NCBI GenBank assembly: GCA_965240465.1
Contig: OZ251219.1
Span: 1,472,001-1,536,000 of the forward strand
DNA: 64,000 nucleotides
Origin: a bacterium
GTDB lineage: Bacteria; SAR324; JACQKK01
Reading direction: 5' to 3'
Below are positions 28,834 to 38,868 of this stretch, piece by piece; the stretch's first letter is position 1, and every line of letters starts with the position of its first letter. Both the position numbers and the translations under genes were made by a program. The notes beneath the pieces are model-generated. The model made no database searches, was not told the origin of the DNA, and worked only from the letters and a program-made list of their open reading frames with translations.

Positions 28834-29544
28834 TTAATGCGGAGCATCTTGTGCATCCTGAATGTATACCGCAGCAAGCAGTACAAATACTACCGCCTGT
28901 AGTACAGATACCAGTACTCCCAAAGCCATGAAGGGTACTGGTAATCCTACTGCCAATAAGGAACTAAAAACAGTCAACACTTGGTGGTCGCCAGTCATGT
29001 TTCCAAACAAACGCATTGAAAGCGACAGAGGCCTTACTAAGTGACTGATGATTTCAATGGGTATCATCAAAGGTGCCAACAATAGCAATGGCCCCATGAA
29101 TTTTTTGCCGTAGCCCCATCCGTGTGTTTTAAGTCCTATTGTGTGTGCAGTAAAAAATATCATTAGTGCTAAGGGAAGGGTGACATTGTACTGGTCTGTA
29201 GGAGCCGCGAAGCCCGGCACCAATCCCAACAGATTGTTGCATAGAATAAACAACATGAATCCTGCCAGTAAAGGAAATACCGAGCGTACTCCTTGATGAA
29301 TAATACCCTGAAAAAAACCAGACATCCTAACCACGATGAATTCTCCTAAGAAAGCAAAATTCACCTTTCCTTGAGGAGCAGTCACCTCTTGCTTACGAAA
29401 ACTTCTACCTACCAAGAAAGCAAAAACCACTAGCACAACCGAAGCTACCAGAGCATCCACTGCTGGATGAGGATCTATGCCATAACGTGCTAGCAAGTGT
29501 TCTAGTGGTTCAAAGAGAAAATTACGCCAAGAAATTTCGTGCAT
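28834..29544 (-). CDS. atpB: ATP synthase F0 subunit a
   Basis: NLLGLVPG, RPLSLSMRLFGNM, LQAVVF. Confidence 0.96.
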   Translation of the reverse strand: MHEISWRNFLFEPLEHLLARYGIDPHPAVDALVASVVLVVFAFLVGRSFRKQEVTAPQGKVNFAFLGEFIVVRMSGFFQGIIHQGVRSVFPLLAGFMLFILCNNLLGLVPGFAAPTDQYNVTLPLALMIFFTAHTIGLKTHGWGYGKKFMGPLLLLAPLMIPIEIISHLVRPLSLSMRLFGNMTGDHQVLTVFSSLLAVGLPVPFMALGVLVSVLQAVVFVLLAAVYIQDAQDAPH

Positions 29545-29597
29545 TTTGTATAAGCTTAGATGATTAAATTCATACTTTATGAGTTCATAGCCAGCAT

Positions 29598-29972
29598 CTA
29601 CGTATTTTGGATGGTTTTAGCTGCTAAGGTGAGGCAGGCAGGCAGTATGGTAGAAATTCCAATCAATAGACCTAACGGGGATATCTGAAGCACGCGGAGG
29701 CAACCCGCAATGAATATGATGTTGAATCCCAATTTTAATGGATATACCCACCATGGAAAACGCCTAGACCTTTTAAGTAGCGAACGTACTAATTTTTCTG
29801 TCCATACCAAATTGGTAGTTACCAGTCCCACACCTAGCAGAACGGCTAGTACAAAGTCAAACTGACCTCGTATCAAGGGTAGTCCTATGAATAGTACGCC
29901 CCAGCCGATGGTAATCATCAACAAAGGGGAACGGCTGGGAAGGGTAGATTTTCTAACGTTCATCAAGATCAT
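29598..29972 (-). CDS. atpI: ATP synthase subunit I-like membrane protein
   Basis: Four hydrophobic segments, directly upstream of atpB. Confidence 0.65.
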   Translation of the reverse strand: MILMNVRKSTLPSRSPLLMITIGWGVLFIGLPLIRGQFDFVLAVLLGVGLVTTNLVWTEKLVRSLLKRSRRFPWWVYPLKLGFNIIFIAGCLRVLQISPLGLLIGISTILPACLTLAAKTIQNT

Positions 29973-30216
29973 TTGTCTGCTGTACCTTTTTCAAGGTACG
30001 CCAAGCTGAATACATAGCTATTGCCATCCCCAATGCTATTCCGGTTAATAATAACCAGGGAGCAGTATCCCAACGATTATCAAGCTTATTTCCTAACCAT
30101 AGACCTCCCAATACCGCAATCCCCATTTCTAGACCAAGGTTGCTAAGTCGCAACAATTGCAAATATTTCCGGCGGTTTGGTGGTAAAGGATTACTTGTGG
30201 ACACAAACATTCGCAA
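29953..30216 (-). CDS. AtpZ/AtpI family protein
   Basis: LGLEMG...GLWLG..LD..WDTAPW. Confidence 0.85.
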   Translation of the reverse strand: MRMFVSTSNPLPPNRRKYLQLLRLSNLGLEMGIAVLGGLWLGNKLDNRWDTAPWLLLTGIALGMAIAMYSAWRTLKKVQQTNDLDER

Positions 30217-30278
30217 TCAAAAAACCTGATCAGTAGATCATTTATACCCTACATATTCAATCAAATCAAGGTATTAAC

Positions 30279-31562
30279 TCAGGAAACCATTTCTGTGATG
30301 GTTTCAGTAATTGCCTCCAGAGTGAGTTCCAAGTCTTTATCGGTGTGTGCAGTAGATACAAATAACGCCTCGTATGGTGATGGTGGCAGATAAACACCGT
30401 GCCTTAGCATTCCTTGGAAGAAACGAACATAGAGTTTGGTGTCATAGTTGAGGACATCTTGATAAGATTTTATTGGATGTGCATGGAAAAAGAAGCCGAA
30501 CATGCCTCCAAAATGGGCTGTCTGAATAGGGATGCTTGCTTTTTCACAGGCAGAACGAAGACCATTGAGAAATACTTCACTAATACGACTTAGACGGGAA
30601 TAGGCATCTGCTCCAGACAGGCTTTCTAAAGCAGCGATTCCAGCGGCCATTGCTAAGGGGTTTCCAGACATCGTACCTGCTTGATAAACAGGACCTTCAG
30701 GTGCCAGCATTAACATGATATCTCGGCGACCACCATAAGCACCTACTGGTAGTCCGCCGCCAATTACCTTACCAAAAGTTGCCAAATCAGGACGAACTCC
30801 AAAGTATTCTTGGGCTCCACCTTTGGCAACTCGGAAGCCGCTCATTGTTTCATCAAACAGCAACAAGCAGCCGTGCTTATCGCATAATGACCGCAGTCCC
30901 CTGAGGAAATCTATCTGCGGTGGCACCAAACCCATATTTCCAGGGATAGGCTCTAGTATTACCGCAGCTACCTTGTATGCTTCTAATAAACGCTGAATAG
31001 ATTCTAAGTCATTAAACTCAGCTAAGAGTGTATCATTTGCAGTAGATACAGGTACCCCGACAGAATCTGGTACTCCTAATGTGGCAGAACCAGCTTTTAC
31101 CAGCGTGGCATCCAAACTACCGTGATAACAGCCTGCTAATTTGATAATTTTCTCTCGGGAGGTGAACCCACGTGCCAGTCTTAATGCTCCTTGTACCGCT
31201 TCATTGCCAGAGTTAACGAAACGCACCAATTCCAATGGCGAGTACCAATTTCTCAGCTGCTCCGCCAAGATTGTTTCTAGCTCGGTAGGAGTGGTAGTCC
31301 CCTTGCTAGCAGTATCATTGATTGCTTGCAAAACTTGTGGATGTGCATGTCCAGCAATAATTGCTCCCCAAGAGCAGACATAGTCCACATAACGGTTGCC
31401 ATCCACATCTTCTAGCTGGCTACCCTCACCACGAGAGATAAACAATGGCGAAGACAATCCCACCCCCTTAAATGCTCGGACAGGGCTATTTACTCCGCCC
31501 ACTAGCACCTTATTTGCACGAGAAAAGCACGCATTGGAAACTTCTGCCTTCAGATGATTCAT
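30279..31562 (-). CDS. hemL: glutamate-1-semialdehyde 2,1-aminomutase
   Basis: GGVNSPVRAF, DYVCSWG, GCYHG, FGKVIGGGLPVGAYGG, YQAGTMSGNP. Confidence 0.95.
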   Translation of the reverse strand: MNHLKAEVSNACFSRANKVLVGGVNSPVRAFKGVGLSSPLFISRGEGSQLEDVDGNRYVDYVCSWGAIIAGHAHPQVLQAINDTASKGTTTPTELETILAEQLRNWYSPLELVRFVNSGNEAVQGALRLARGFTSREKIIKLAGCYHGSLDATLVKAGSATLGVPDSVGVPVSTANDTLLAEFNDLESIQRLLEAYKVAAVILEPIPGNMGLVPPQIDFLRGLRSLCDKHGCLLLFDETMSGFRVAKGGAQEYFGVRPDLATFGKVIGGGLPVGAYGGRRDIMLMLAPEGPVYQAGTMSGNPLAMAAGIAALESLSGADAYSRLSRISEVFLNGLRSACEKASIPIQTAHFGGMFGFFFHAHPIKSYQDVLNYDTKLYVRFFQGMLRHGVYLPPSPYEALFVSTAHTDKDLELTLEAITETITEMVS

Positions 31563-31648
31563 AAGCGAATTTTTTTATATTATAAAATCAGTATATGGTA
31601 ACTTAGGATAAATACAACTAAATGAATTATTGAAGATGAATTATGTTC

Positions 31649-33277
31649 TCAAAAACTATAGATCAAGCGAAATATAAGCTGGCTAAAATCATCAGGATCA
31701 CTAACAGGCTTAGTATAATCATTCAAACGAAATGCTTCTTTAGCAAAAAGATGATTAGCTTCTATAACAGAATATGTTTGATGACGTAATGCTGTTTTCC
31801 ACTTAATGTTTATTTCTGTTCCAATATTGCTTACTAGTTCATCATCTTCATTAAGAATGGGGTTATTATATTTCAAATCGTGGACACTCATAGAGAAAAG
31901 AAAACCCTTTTTATCAGGATTTAACCAACTATATTTTAGGCTGTTCATTTGAATGTTATTGACAGAATGCCCTAATCCTCCGCCATCATAAAAACTTGGT
32001 CCAAAACCATTAAAAAACAACTGGCTACCCCTATATGACCCAGGGGTTATTTCATAGTAACCTCCTAAATTGCGATCATAACCAGCCTGTTCTTCGTCGC
32101 CAGAGGCATTCATGGTTTGCAGAGTTAGTTCATTTTTATCAAAATAAAAATTAAGTTCACTTTCATAAAATCTTCCTGTGTAGGATGAATTAATTTCTTC
32201 TCCCGTGCTCAATGTTTGCCCTTCATATCCAATATTAAATCTGCGATAAGGATGATAAACACGCTCCCCATTAACTCCCAGAACTTGTAGCCTAAAATGT
32301 AGTATAGGATTCTCCCAATTTAGATGAAAACCGTAAGTATATATTCCTTTTACATCATAGTAGACGAGGGTATTATTATCGTCATAGATAAGGGTTGGGT
32401 CTTTATTTATTTCGTTATCTTCGGGATTATTAGTTTCTTTTTTGTAATCAGAAAATCCCGGACCAAGATTTTTTCCTAGCGGAATGTTACTTTCTGTATG
32501 CTCAAAAATGAATAATTCATTACTAAAATGTCTCTTTCTTCCTGCTGGAGCTTCTTCATCCCAGAAGGTATACAAAAGACTGATATGATTGATAACATCT
32601 AATTTGTATTCTCCCACAAATGCCGTACCAAAGGGAACACACCAGCTTTTTGCCCGACAATCAAAGGTTATCGCTGGGATATTAGCCTCAAATACTGCTC
32701 CCCTGTTGCCCCCTAGCGACAAGTATTTTTTACCAATGTATATTGGCGAGCGAGGATTAGGCTCATATCGCAACCAAGATTCATACAGGGCTACCCCGTT
32801 ATCTGAGCCTTCTGAGCGAGACTCAAAACTATTTTTTTTATCGCGCAATTCGTTTGTCTTTACCAGATTGTTTCCTAGCTGAAGTACCATATTGATGGAA
32901 ACATCAGGATGTGTCACGGTTCGTAATCCAAAACGCAGGTTTTGATAGGGTGTGTTCTTTAGATTTTCTGTAAGCTCTCCAAACTCTTTGTTGTCGTTGT
33001 AGCGTAGCCAAGCTGAGAATTCGGCATCGGCCTCTACACCCCTTAGTACCAAGAGGCGTTCCTCTACTTCTTCATATTCACCTTTCTCCAAAGGCTGAAA
33101 ATTAATTTGTGCAAAGGTGGTCTGCGGAGTACCACAAAAAGACATCGCCAATAAAAGCACGGCAATCGGTGGCATTAATTGCCTAAACGCAAACAAATGT
33201 TTAAGGCGATAATTCTTGGAATGTTTTATGAGTATCATGCTTTTAATCAATATGGTGAAGAATTGTAGCAAAAACAA
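31649..33277 (-). CDS. hypothetical outer-membrane beta-barrel-like protein
   Basis: Signal-like segment ending TTFA-Q, aromatic-rich alternating strands, C-terminal RLIYSF; AT-rich. Confidence 0.5.
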   Translation of the reverse strand: MFLLQFFTILIKSMILIKHSKNYRLKHLFAFRQLMPPIAVLLLAMSFCGTPQTTFAQINFQPLEKGEYEEVEERLLVLRGVEADAEFSAWLRYNDNKEFGELTENLKNTPYQNLRFGLRTVTHPDVSINMVLQLGNNLVKTNELRDKKNSFESRSEGSDNGVALYESWLRYEPNPRSPIYIGKKYLSLGGNRGAVFEANIPAITFDCRAKSWCVPFGTAFVGEYKLDVINHISLLYTFWDEEAPAGRKRHFSNELFIFEHTESNIPLGKNLGPGFSDYKKETNNPEDNEINKDPTLIYDDNNTLVYYDVKGIYTYGFHLNWENPILHFRLQVLGVNGERVYHPYRRFNIGYEGQTLSTGEEINSSYTGRFYESELNFYFDKNELTLQTMNASGDEEQAGYDRNLGGYYEITPGSYRGSQLFFNGFGPSFYDGGGLGHSVNNIQMNSLKYSWLNPDKKGFLFSMSVHDLKYNNPILNEDDELVSNIGTEINIKWKTALRHQTYSVIEANHLFAKEAFRLNDYTKPVSDPDDFSQLIFRLIYSF

Positions 33278-33353
33278 ATTGCATCAACTAAAAAATATCA
33301 TTGTATATCAAGTGCCTTCTTTGTAATTCACATCTTTTGGTACACAAAGTTTA

Positions 33354-34586
33354 TCATTTTAATTCTTTCAATCTAGCCATCAAGTATTCCATAGTACGCT
33401 TTCCTTTTATGCGATTACAGTTACTACATAAAAGTTGTAAATTCTCTATTTCACTTCCGCCACCGTGAATTTCTGGCACAATATGGTCTGTGTCAAAATG
33501 TCTGATTCCAAATTTTTCCTTACACCCATTGCATTTACCGTCCTGCTTGCCAAAGAGAAAAAATTTATCTTCTTTGGTGGATTTTTTCTTAAAGTCCTTG
33601 TCTGTGCGGGTGGGAATGTCTGTTCTGTAAATAGGTTTATCTCTAAGCAGGTCTTTTGGAACTTCTTTTTTCAAGCGGGCTTTCACCAATTCAAAGGCTT
33701 TTGGTGCGACATCAATCCCGATCCACTTACGTCCCAAGCGTTCAGCAGCGATGCAGGTGGTGGCACAACCACAAAAAGGGTCAAGTACTAAACCTTCTGG
33801 GGGACATGAGGCTTGTATAATGCGTTCTAAAAGGGCAAGTGGCTTTTGAGTGGGATAACCTGTGCGTTCTTTAGCAGTTGGTGATAGAATACCTATATCC
33901 CATACATCACGAATATGAGATCCGAGTGACTGCTCGCCAGATTTCTTGCCACGCATACGCTTGCCCTTCTCATCAAACACATTAAGTATTTTTAATCCCC
34001 CATCTGCTTTTAAGGTGGAATCTGCCAAGGGTTCAAAAAGTTGATTCCAAAAAAATATGTTTGAATTTGTGTAGCGTAGCAAAATATCGTGCATTCTTTG
34101 AAAGCTCCTTTGTTTTGCAGGCCAACGCCTATAAGACCACACAATCTCGTTCTTAAAATGTTGGTGACCAAAGATAGTGTCTAGCAATAGCTTAAGGTAA
34201 TGGCTGGCGGTAGGATCACAATGTAGATATAGACTACCTGTGTCTTTTAATACACGGTGCATTTCAAACAAACGCACAGCCATATAAATCAAATAGTATT
34301 TGGCAGTACGGCTACCTATATCGCCTACGGCATCTAAGTACTTATAGAGCTCTGGCTGGCGGGCTTTGATTTCCTCATGCCACTCTTCTTTGACTGATTC
34401 TTCGTGCCAAATATCATCAAAAGTAGCCCCCTCAGCTTCACTGCCCACCGGAGCATGAAACTGCTTGCCCTTGTTAAAAGGCAGATCCAAGTAAATCAGG
34501 TCAATGCTGTCGCTGTTAATGCCACGTATGACTTCCAAGTTGTCACGACAAAAAATGGTGCTGGATTTCAAGGTTATCTGTGACAT
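33354..34586 (-). CDS. N6/N4 DNA methyltransferase (beta class) fused to a C-terminal HNH endonuclease domain
   Basis: DLIYLDLPFN, YPTQKP, VLDPFCGCATT; C-terminal CNGC...DHIVP...GG...NLQLLCSNCN..KG. Confidence 0.9.
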   Translation of the reverse strand: MSQITLKSSTIFCRDNLEVIRGINSDSIDLIYLDLPFNKGKQFHAPVGSEAEGATFDDIWHEESVKEEWHEEIKARQPELYKYLDAVGDIGSRTAKYYLIYMAVRLFEMHRVLKDTGSLYLHCDPTASHYLKLLLDTIFGHQHFKNEIVWSYRRWPAKQRSFQRMHDILLRYTNSNIFFWNQLFEPLADSTLKADGGLKILNVFDEKGKRMRGKKSGEQSLGSHIRDVWDIGILSPTAKERTGYPTQKPLALLERIIQASCPPEGLVLDPFCGCATTCIAAERLGRKWIGIDVAPKAFELVKARLKKEVPKDLLRDKPIYRTDIPTRTDKDFKKKSTKEDKFFLFGKQDGKCNGCKEKFGIRHFDTDHIVPEIHGGGSEIENLQLLCSNCNRIKGKRTMEYLMARLKELK

Positions 34587-34641
34587 ATCACCATCATAAG
34601 TTGTTATTGTGCATATTCAACCGTGTACTCAGCGATATAAA

Positions 34642-35289
34642 TCACCTTTCCTTAGGAATTTTGGGATTGTGGATTTTTTCATAGCCGATGGTACTTGTAA
34701 GCATTGTTGGGTGATAGTTATGTCCGGGCAACACCTTGATGTTATCATCCAGCTTAATTAGCCTAGCCAGCGATTGCTGCATTACATTAGCATCTCCGTT
34801 GGGCAGATCCGTGCGTCCGCAGCTACCACAAAAGAGGGTATCCCCAGTGAACAGGGAGTCATTTACCAAGAAGCACTGAGAGCCCTTGGTGTGTCCTGGG
34901 GTATGGAGGCAGGTTATTTTAAGGGTGCCAACCTCTAATTGAGAGCCTTCTTGGGTGGTTTTTATAAGATTTTCTGGGGCGGGTGTAGATTGTTTTTCGG
35001 CCTCGTGAACGAAGATAGGTAAGGGTTCTGGCAATTTTTGTAACAGGCTTTCTAGGCCTTCTATTTCTATAAGTCCCAGAAAATTTTTGCCACCTACGTG
35101 ATCGGGATGGGTATGGGTCAATAAAACGGATGCAAGAGTTAGCTTTTCTTGTGCTATCTTATCCAGCAAGATTTGAATATCCCAGGCGGGGTCAATCAAG
35201 GCTACTTGGCGGGTTTCGGGGCAGCCTAAAATATAAATAAAGTTAGCCATTTGGCCTAGCTGCAGTTGTCGTATAATTGGCTGTGTCAT
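34642..35289 (-). CDS. MBL-fold metallo-hydrolase (glyoxalase II-like)
   Basis: THTHPDHVGG, HTPGHT, FTGDTLF, GRTDLP, PGH. Confidence 0.9.
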   Translation of the reverse strand: MTQPIIRQLQLGQMANFIYILGCPETRQVALIDPAWDIQILLDKIAQEKLTLASVLLTHTHPDHVGGKNFLGLIEIEGLESLLQKLPEPLPIFVHEAEKQSTPAPENLIKTTQEGSQLEVGTLKITCLHTPGHTKGSQCFLVNDSLFTGDTLFCGSCGRTDLPNGDANVMQQSLARLIKLDDNIKVLPGHNYHPTMLTSTIGYEKIHNPKIPKER

Positions 35290-35351
35290 TATTTTTCCTG
35301 TAAAAGTGTTGGCGACTTATCCTAATGGAATTTTGATTAAGAGTTTTTAAG

Positions 35352-36503
35352 TTAAGAAAAGTTTTCCCCAGAAGCAATAGCATAGCCTGCCATGATTTGC
35401 TGGGATATGTGTTCGGCTGAAAACATGCTTATATGTTTAGGGATTGCATTTCTGAGCTTTTTTCTGAGAGTGTCGTCAACAAGTAATTTTTGGAGTTGAT
35501 GGGCGATATGTTCAGGGTCTTGAGGATCGGCTAGCAGGCAAGCCTTACCACCTGCTTCTGGCATGCTACTGCAATTTGAGGTAAGGCAGGTAGCATTACA
35601 CTGAAGGGCTTCTAACACAGGCAAGCCAAAACCTTCCATTATAGATAGGTATGTACAAGCTCTAGCTTGTGCATAGAGAGCTGGAATATCCATAAGATTA
35701 ACATGTCCCAAGAAGTGGACTTGTTTTGAAATACCCAGGGATGTTGCCAGCCGTTTCAGTTTTTTTCCATAGTTGCTAAAAGCCCCCACAAAAAAGATGT
35801 GAAAATCTTTACGCACAGAAATTGGGAGCTGATAGAAAGCCTGTAGTAGCATGTGTCCGTTTTTTCTTGGTTCTAGCGAGCCTAATTGCAATATAAAGTT
35901 TTGAGGAAGTTGGTAGGTTTTACGGACTCGCTGTTGTTCTTTGGGGGAGAAGTTTTCTGGGTTGTAAATGGTGTCTGCAGAGGGGTAGATGACTTGTACT
36001 TTTTCGGGAGGGATGGAGAATGCGTCACAGAGGTCATTCTTGGTGGCTTGTGAGACTGCAAATATACGGTTTGTAGACTGAGCAGCACTTTTGAAGCGGC
36101 GTTGATAATAAAAGCGGTCAACAGCAGGATATAATTTAGGATGATGCAAAAAAATTAAATCGTGAATGGTTACCACAGTAGGACAAGCCAACCGCTTGGG
36201 AAGTACATTGCTAAGCCCGTGATAAAGAATTAGTTGGTGTTCTTGAGCTTGTTTTTTTATTTTTATGAAACGCAGATATTGTTGTCGCCATTTACTGGGT
36301 CTTTTTTTAGGGGCATGTACTGTGGCATTGTCTGGTAGCTGAAAATGAGGAGGTTGCCATTCGGGATGCAATGGCACAGGCGAGTACAGGTGCATCTTAA
36401 GAGCAGGAGCATGGTTGCCAAGTGCAACAATCAGATTACGAGAATAGTTACCTAGCCCGCGATGGTTTTCTGCAAAACGTTTAGCATCAAAGCCGATGTT
36501 CAT
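35352..36503 (-). CDS. GT4 family glycosyltransferase
   Basis: MNIGFDAKR, GLGNYSR, TIHDL, EPRKN, EGFGLPVLEA. Confidence 0.92.
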   Translation of the reverse strand: MNIGFDAKRFAENHRGLGNYSRNLIVALGNHAPALKMHLYSPVPLHPEWQPPHFQLPDNATVHAPKKRPSKWRQQYLRFIKIKKQAQEHQLILYHGLSNVLPKRLACPTVVTIHDLIFLHHPKLYPAVDRFYYQRRFKSAAQSTNRIFAVSQATKNDLCDAFSIPPEKVQVIYPSADTIYNPENFSPKEQQRVRKTYQLPQNFILQLGSLEPRKNGHMLLQAFYQLPISVRKDFHIFFVGAFSNYGKKLKRLATSLGISKQVHFLGHVNLMDIPALYAQARACTYLSIMEGFGLPVLEALQCNATCLTSNCSSMPEAGGKACLLADPQDPEHIAHQLQKLLVDDTLRKKLRNAIPKHISMFSAEHISQQIMAGYAIASGENFS

Positions 36504-36693
36504 GAGGCACACAGTGGCTGTAGCAGATTTTTTGTATTTTCCATTTCTTGGGGAACACCGATTAAAAGTGGTTGGGAAAGTCGGCAATTATCATCGGTTG
36601 ATAGCATATTTTTAACATTCGGCAGACCACCATCAAGATGCTTATTCGTGCCTTACTAGCGAGTAAGAAACAAGGCTACCGCTATATCCCATA

Positions 36694-38127
36694 CTAAACG
36701 CTATCGTATAGCAAACTATCCAGAGACCCGTAGCCGCTGCTAACACCCCCCTCATCGTAATGTTCAGGCTTGGTACGCACCAAAAAACCAATGTCTTGAT
36801 TGATTATATCTCGCTCTCCTTCTGCCAGTAAGATCCCAAAACGTCCTATCTCGCTGACTGATTTCAGTGGTAGAACACTACCAGAATGGGATGTCACTAG
36901 GATAGTCTGGTGAGTAACAGGATGGATCTTACTCATTAGAACCCATGCTTGCCTTTCGCTTGGTGATAATTGGTTAAGTTTTTGTGACAGAGCTTGGTTA
37001 AACAGATTGTGTCCACCACCTTCTCTTTGAGGCTTTAGAACAAATTCATGAGGGCTTTCAAGGGCTTTCTTCCAAGCGGGAAGACCATCTCGCAGAGGTT
37101 CATCTAGTGAGTACATGGGGGTGAGGGTTTTGGGCAGATCTGGGGGACAATTGGGGGCAAAGCGTTTCAACAAATCAGGCTGACAAAGCAATTGCTGCGT
37201 TTTCTTTAGCCCAGCTAGTTGTCCAGCAGCATCGGGGATTTCTACCGTGGATGAGTGAGCTAACAATTTTCTGCCTTTCCATGCATCTGGATGAGCAATA
37301 TCTTCGGGTCGGTATCCAGAACGAAAGCAAGCCACTGCTATCTTGATGTTTCCGATCCACAGGTCAGCATTTTTCAGTCTTCCTTCTTGACCAATGTTGC
37401 TAAGAGTCATTCGCCTGACAGGGACATCTCGCTGGATTAGCTCTTGCTCTAACAGATGCTGATCGGCAAGATTTGTTTCATCGGGCTGTACGACCATCAA
37501 AAAGTAGCTGTTTTTGTGATCACATTTATGAAAAGCAGCGGTTAGTGAATCTGCTGTGTTTTTTAGACAAGGATTATTAACCAAGTTAGCTAACCAAGAA
37601 GTTTTATGTAGTAAAAAATGATGTAATTGATGAATGCGGCTGGCTAGGGCTACACAACTTACCGATTGAGTATTGATTTCTACCAGCTTAGGAACAAATA
37701 CTGGTACAGAAGAGTGATCGGGCGATAAATCAATGGGAGTAGCGGGGGAAATAAAGAAATCATGTCGGTTAAGATATAGTTTAAGAGGTTGTGTATCACA
37801 GGCGGGTAGTAAGCTCAGCAAGCATTTTACAAAGGGATCTTCTGTGGTTTCCAGTGCTTCTCGCAGGAAGGAATGGTCTTGTGCTATGGCATGGATGAGG
37901 CGGTTGAAATGTGGAGTTAGTTCAATAAGTTGAGTAAGGGTCTCAGGTGAAATAGGGGACGGTGTTAAAGCAAAATTAAGCGGCTGAGCTGGTTGTTTGA
38001 GGGGAAATTTAAGCAAATTCAGCGTATTGGCAAGGGAGCGTGCTTCTACTAAGCGAGGAGAGAGCAACTCTATTAACTGAGAACGATTAGAGCCAGTACG
38101 TATCTTATTTGTGCTAGTGGAGTTCAT
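36694..38127 (-). CDS. eukaryotic-type glutathione synthetase
   Basis: VEINT, FRSGYRP, QLAGLKKTQQ, FVLKPQREGGGHN, SEIGRFG, EGGVSSGYGSLDS. Confidence 0.88.
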   Translation of the reverse strand: MNSTSTNKIRTGSNRSQLIELLSPRLVEARSLANTLNLLKFPLKQPAQPLNFALTPSPISPETLTQLIELTPHFNRLIHAIAQDHSFLREALETTEDPFVKCLLSLLPACDTQPLKLYLNRHDFFISPATPIDLSPDHSSVPVFVPKLVEINTQSVSCVALASRIHQLHHFLLHKTSWLANLVNNPCLKNTADSLTAAFHKCDHKNSYFLMVVQPDETNLADQHLLEQELIQRDVPVRRMTLSNIGQEGRLKNADLWIGNIKIAVACFRSGYRPEDIAHPDAWKGRKLLAHSSTVEIPDAAGQLAGLKKTQQLLCQPDLLKRFAPNCPPDLPKTLTPMYSLDEPLRDGLPAWKKALESPHEFVLKPQREGGGHNLFNQALSQKLNQLSPSERQAWVLMSKIHPVTHQTILVTSHSGSVLPLKSVSEIGRFGILLAEGERDIINQDIGFLVRTKPEHYDEGGVSSGYGSLDSLLYDSV

Positions 38128-38178
38128 AGTGTAAAAGGTATTAATGGTCTTCCCCTATTTATTGCACGGAAATGACAG

Positions 38179-38868
38179 ATGAATAAATGCTTAGTCTCTG
38201 TCTCTGATTTGCACAAAGAATATCGGGAGGGTGGAGGTATCCTTCCCGTGTTAAGTGGGGCGTGCTTAGAAGTATCGGAAGGTGAAACTGTTGCGATAAT
38301 GGGGGCATCGGGGAGCGGCAAGAGTACATTGTTGCATATCTTGGGTGCATTGGACACTCCTAGTAGTGGTGATGTTCGGGTAGCAGGATATAATTTAGTA
38401 GCACTAAAAGCTACCGACGCGGCTGATTTTCGTAATCGGGTGATCGGCTTTGTGTTTCAATTTCATCATTTGTTAATGGATTTTACAGTGTTGGAAAATG
38501 TGATGATGCCCGTGTGGATTTCTCAAGGTCGTACGGTGCGTTGTAGAGAGAATGCCTTAGAACTACTAGAAGCGGTAGGACTGGTTAATCGTGCGGAACA
38601 TAAACCTTTTCAGATTTCGGGCGGTGAGCGTCAACGGGTAGCAATTGCACGAGCATTGATGAATCGCCCCAAGGTGTTGCTAGCCGATGAACCCACTGGA
38701 AGTTTGGACAGAACAAACTCCGAAAAAATTGCTGAATTATTACTCAAGTTAAACAAGAATTTTGGGCTGACACTAATACTAGCAACCCACAACCCCATGG
38801 TAGCCGCTGGAGTTTCCAAATGCCTGTTTTTGCGTGATGGTGAGTTACATGAGAACTCTTCTGTATAA
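38179..38868 (+). CDS. lolD: lipoprotein-releasing ABC ATPase LolD
   Basis: GASGSGKST, IGFVFQFHHLL, SGGERQRVAIARAL, LADEPTG; upstream of bamA. Confidence 0.9.
   Translation: MNKCLVSVSDLHKEYREGGGILPVLSGACLEVSEGETVAIMGASGSGKSTLLHILGALDTPSSGDVRVAGYNLVALKATDAADFRNRVIGFVFQFHHLLMDFTVLENVMMPVWISQGRTVRCRENALELLEAVGLVNRAEHKPFQISGGERQRVAIARALMNRPKVLLADEPTGSLDRTNSEKIAELLLKLNKNFGLTLILATHNPMVAAGVSKCLFLRDGELHENSSV

Noticed and set aside
28406-30216. ATP synthase operon truncated by the phage-like cluster
   Set aside because: A separate atpZ/I-B-E unit apart from atpFHAGDC is a normal split arrangement in several lineages, so disruption need not be invoked.
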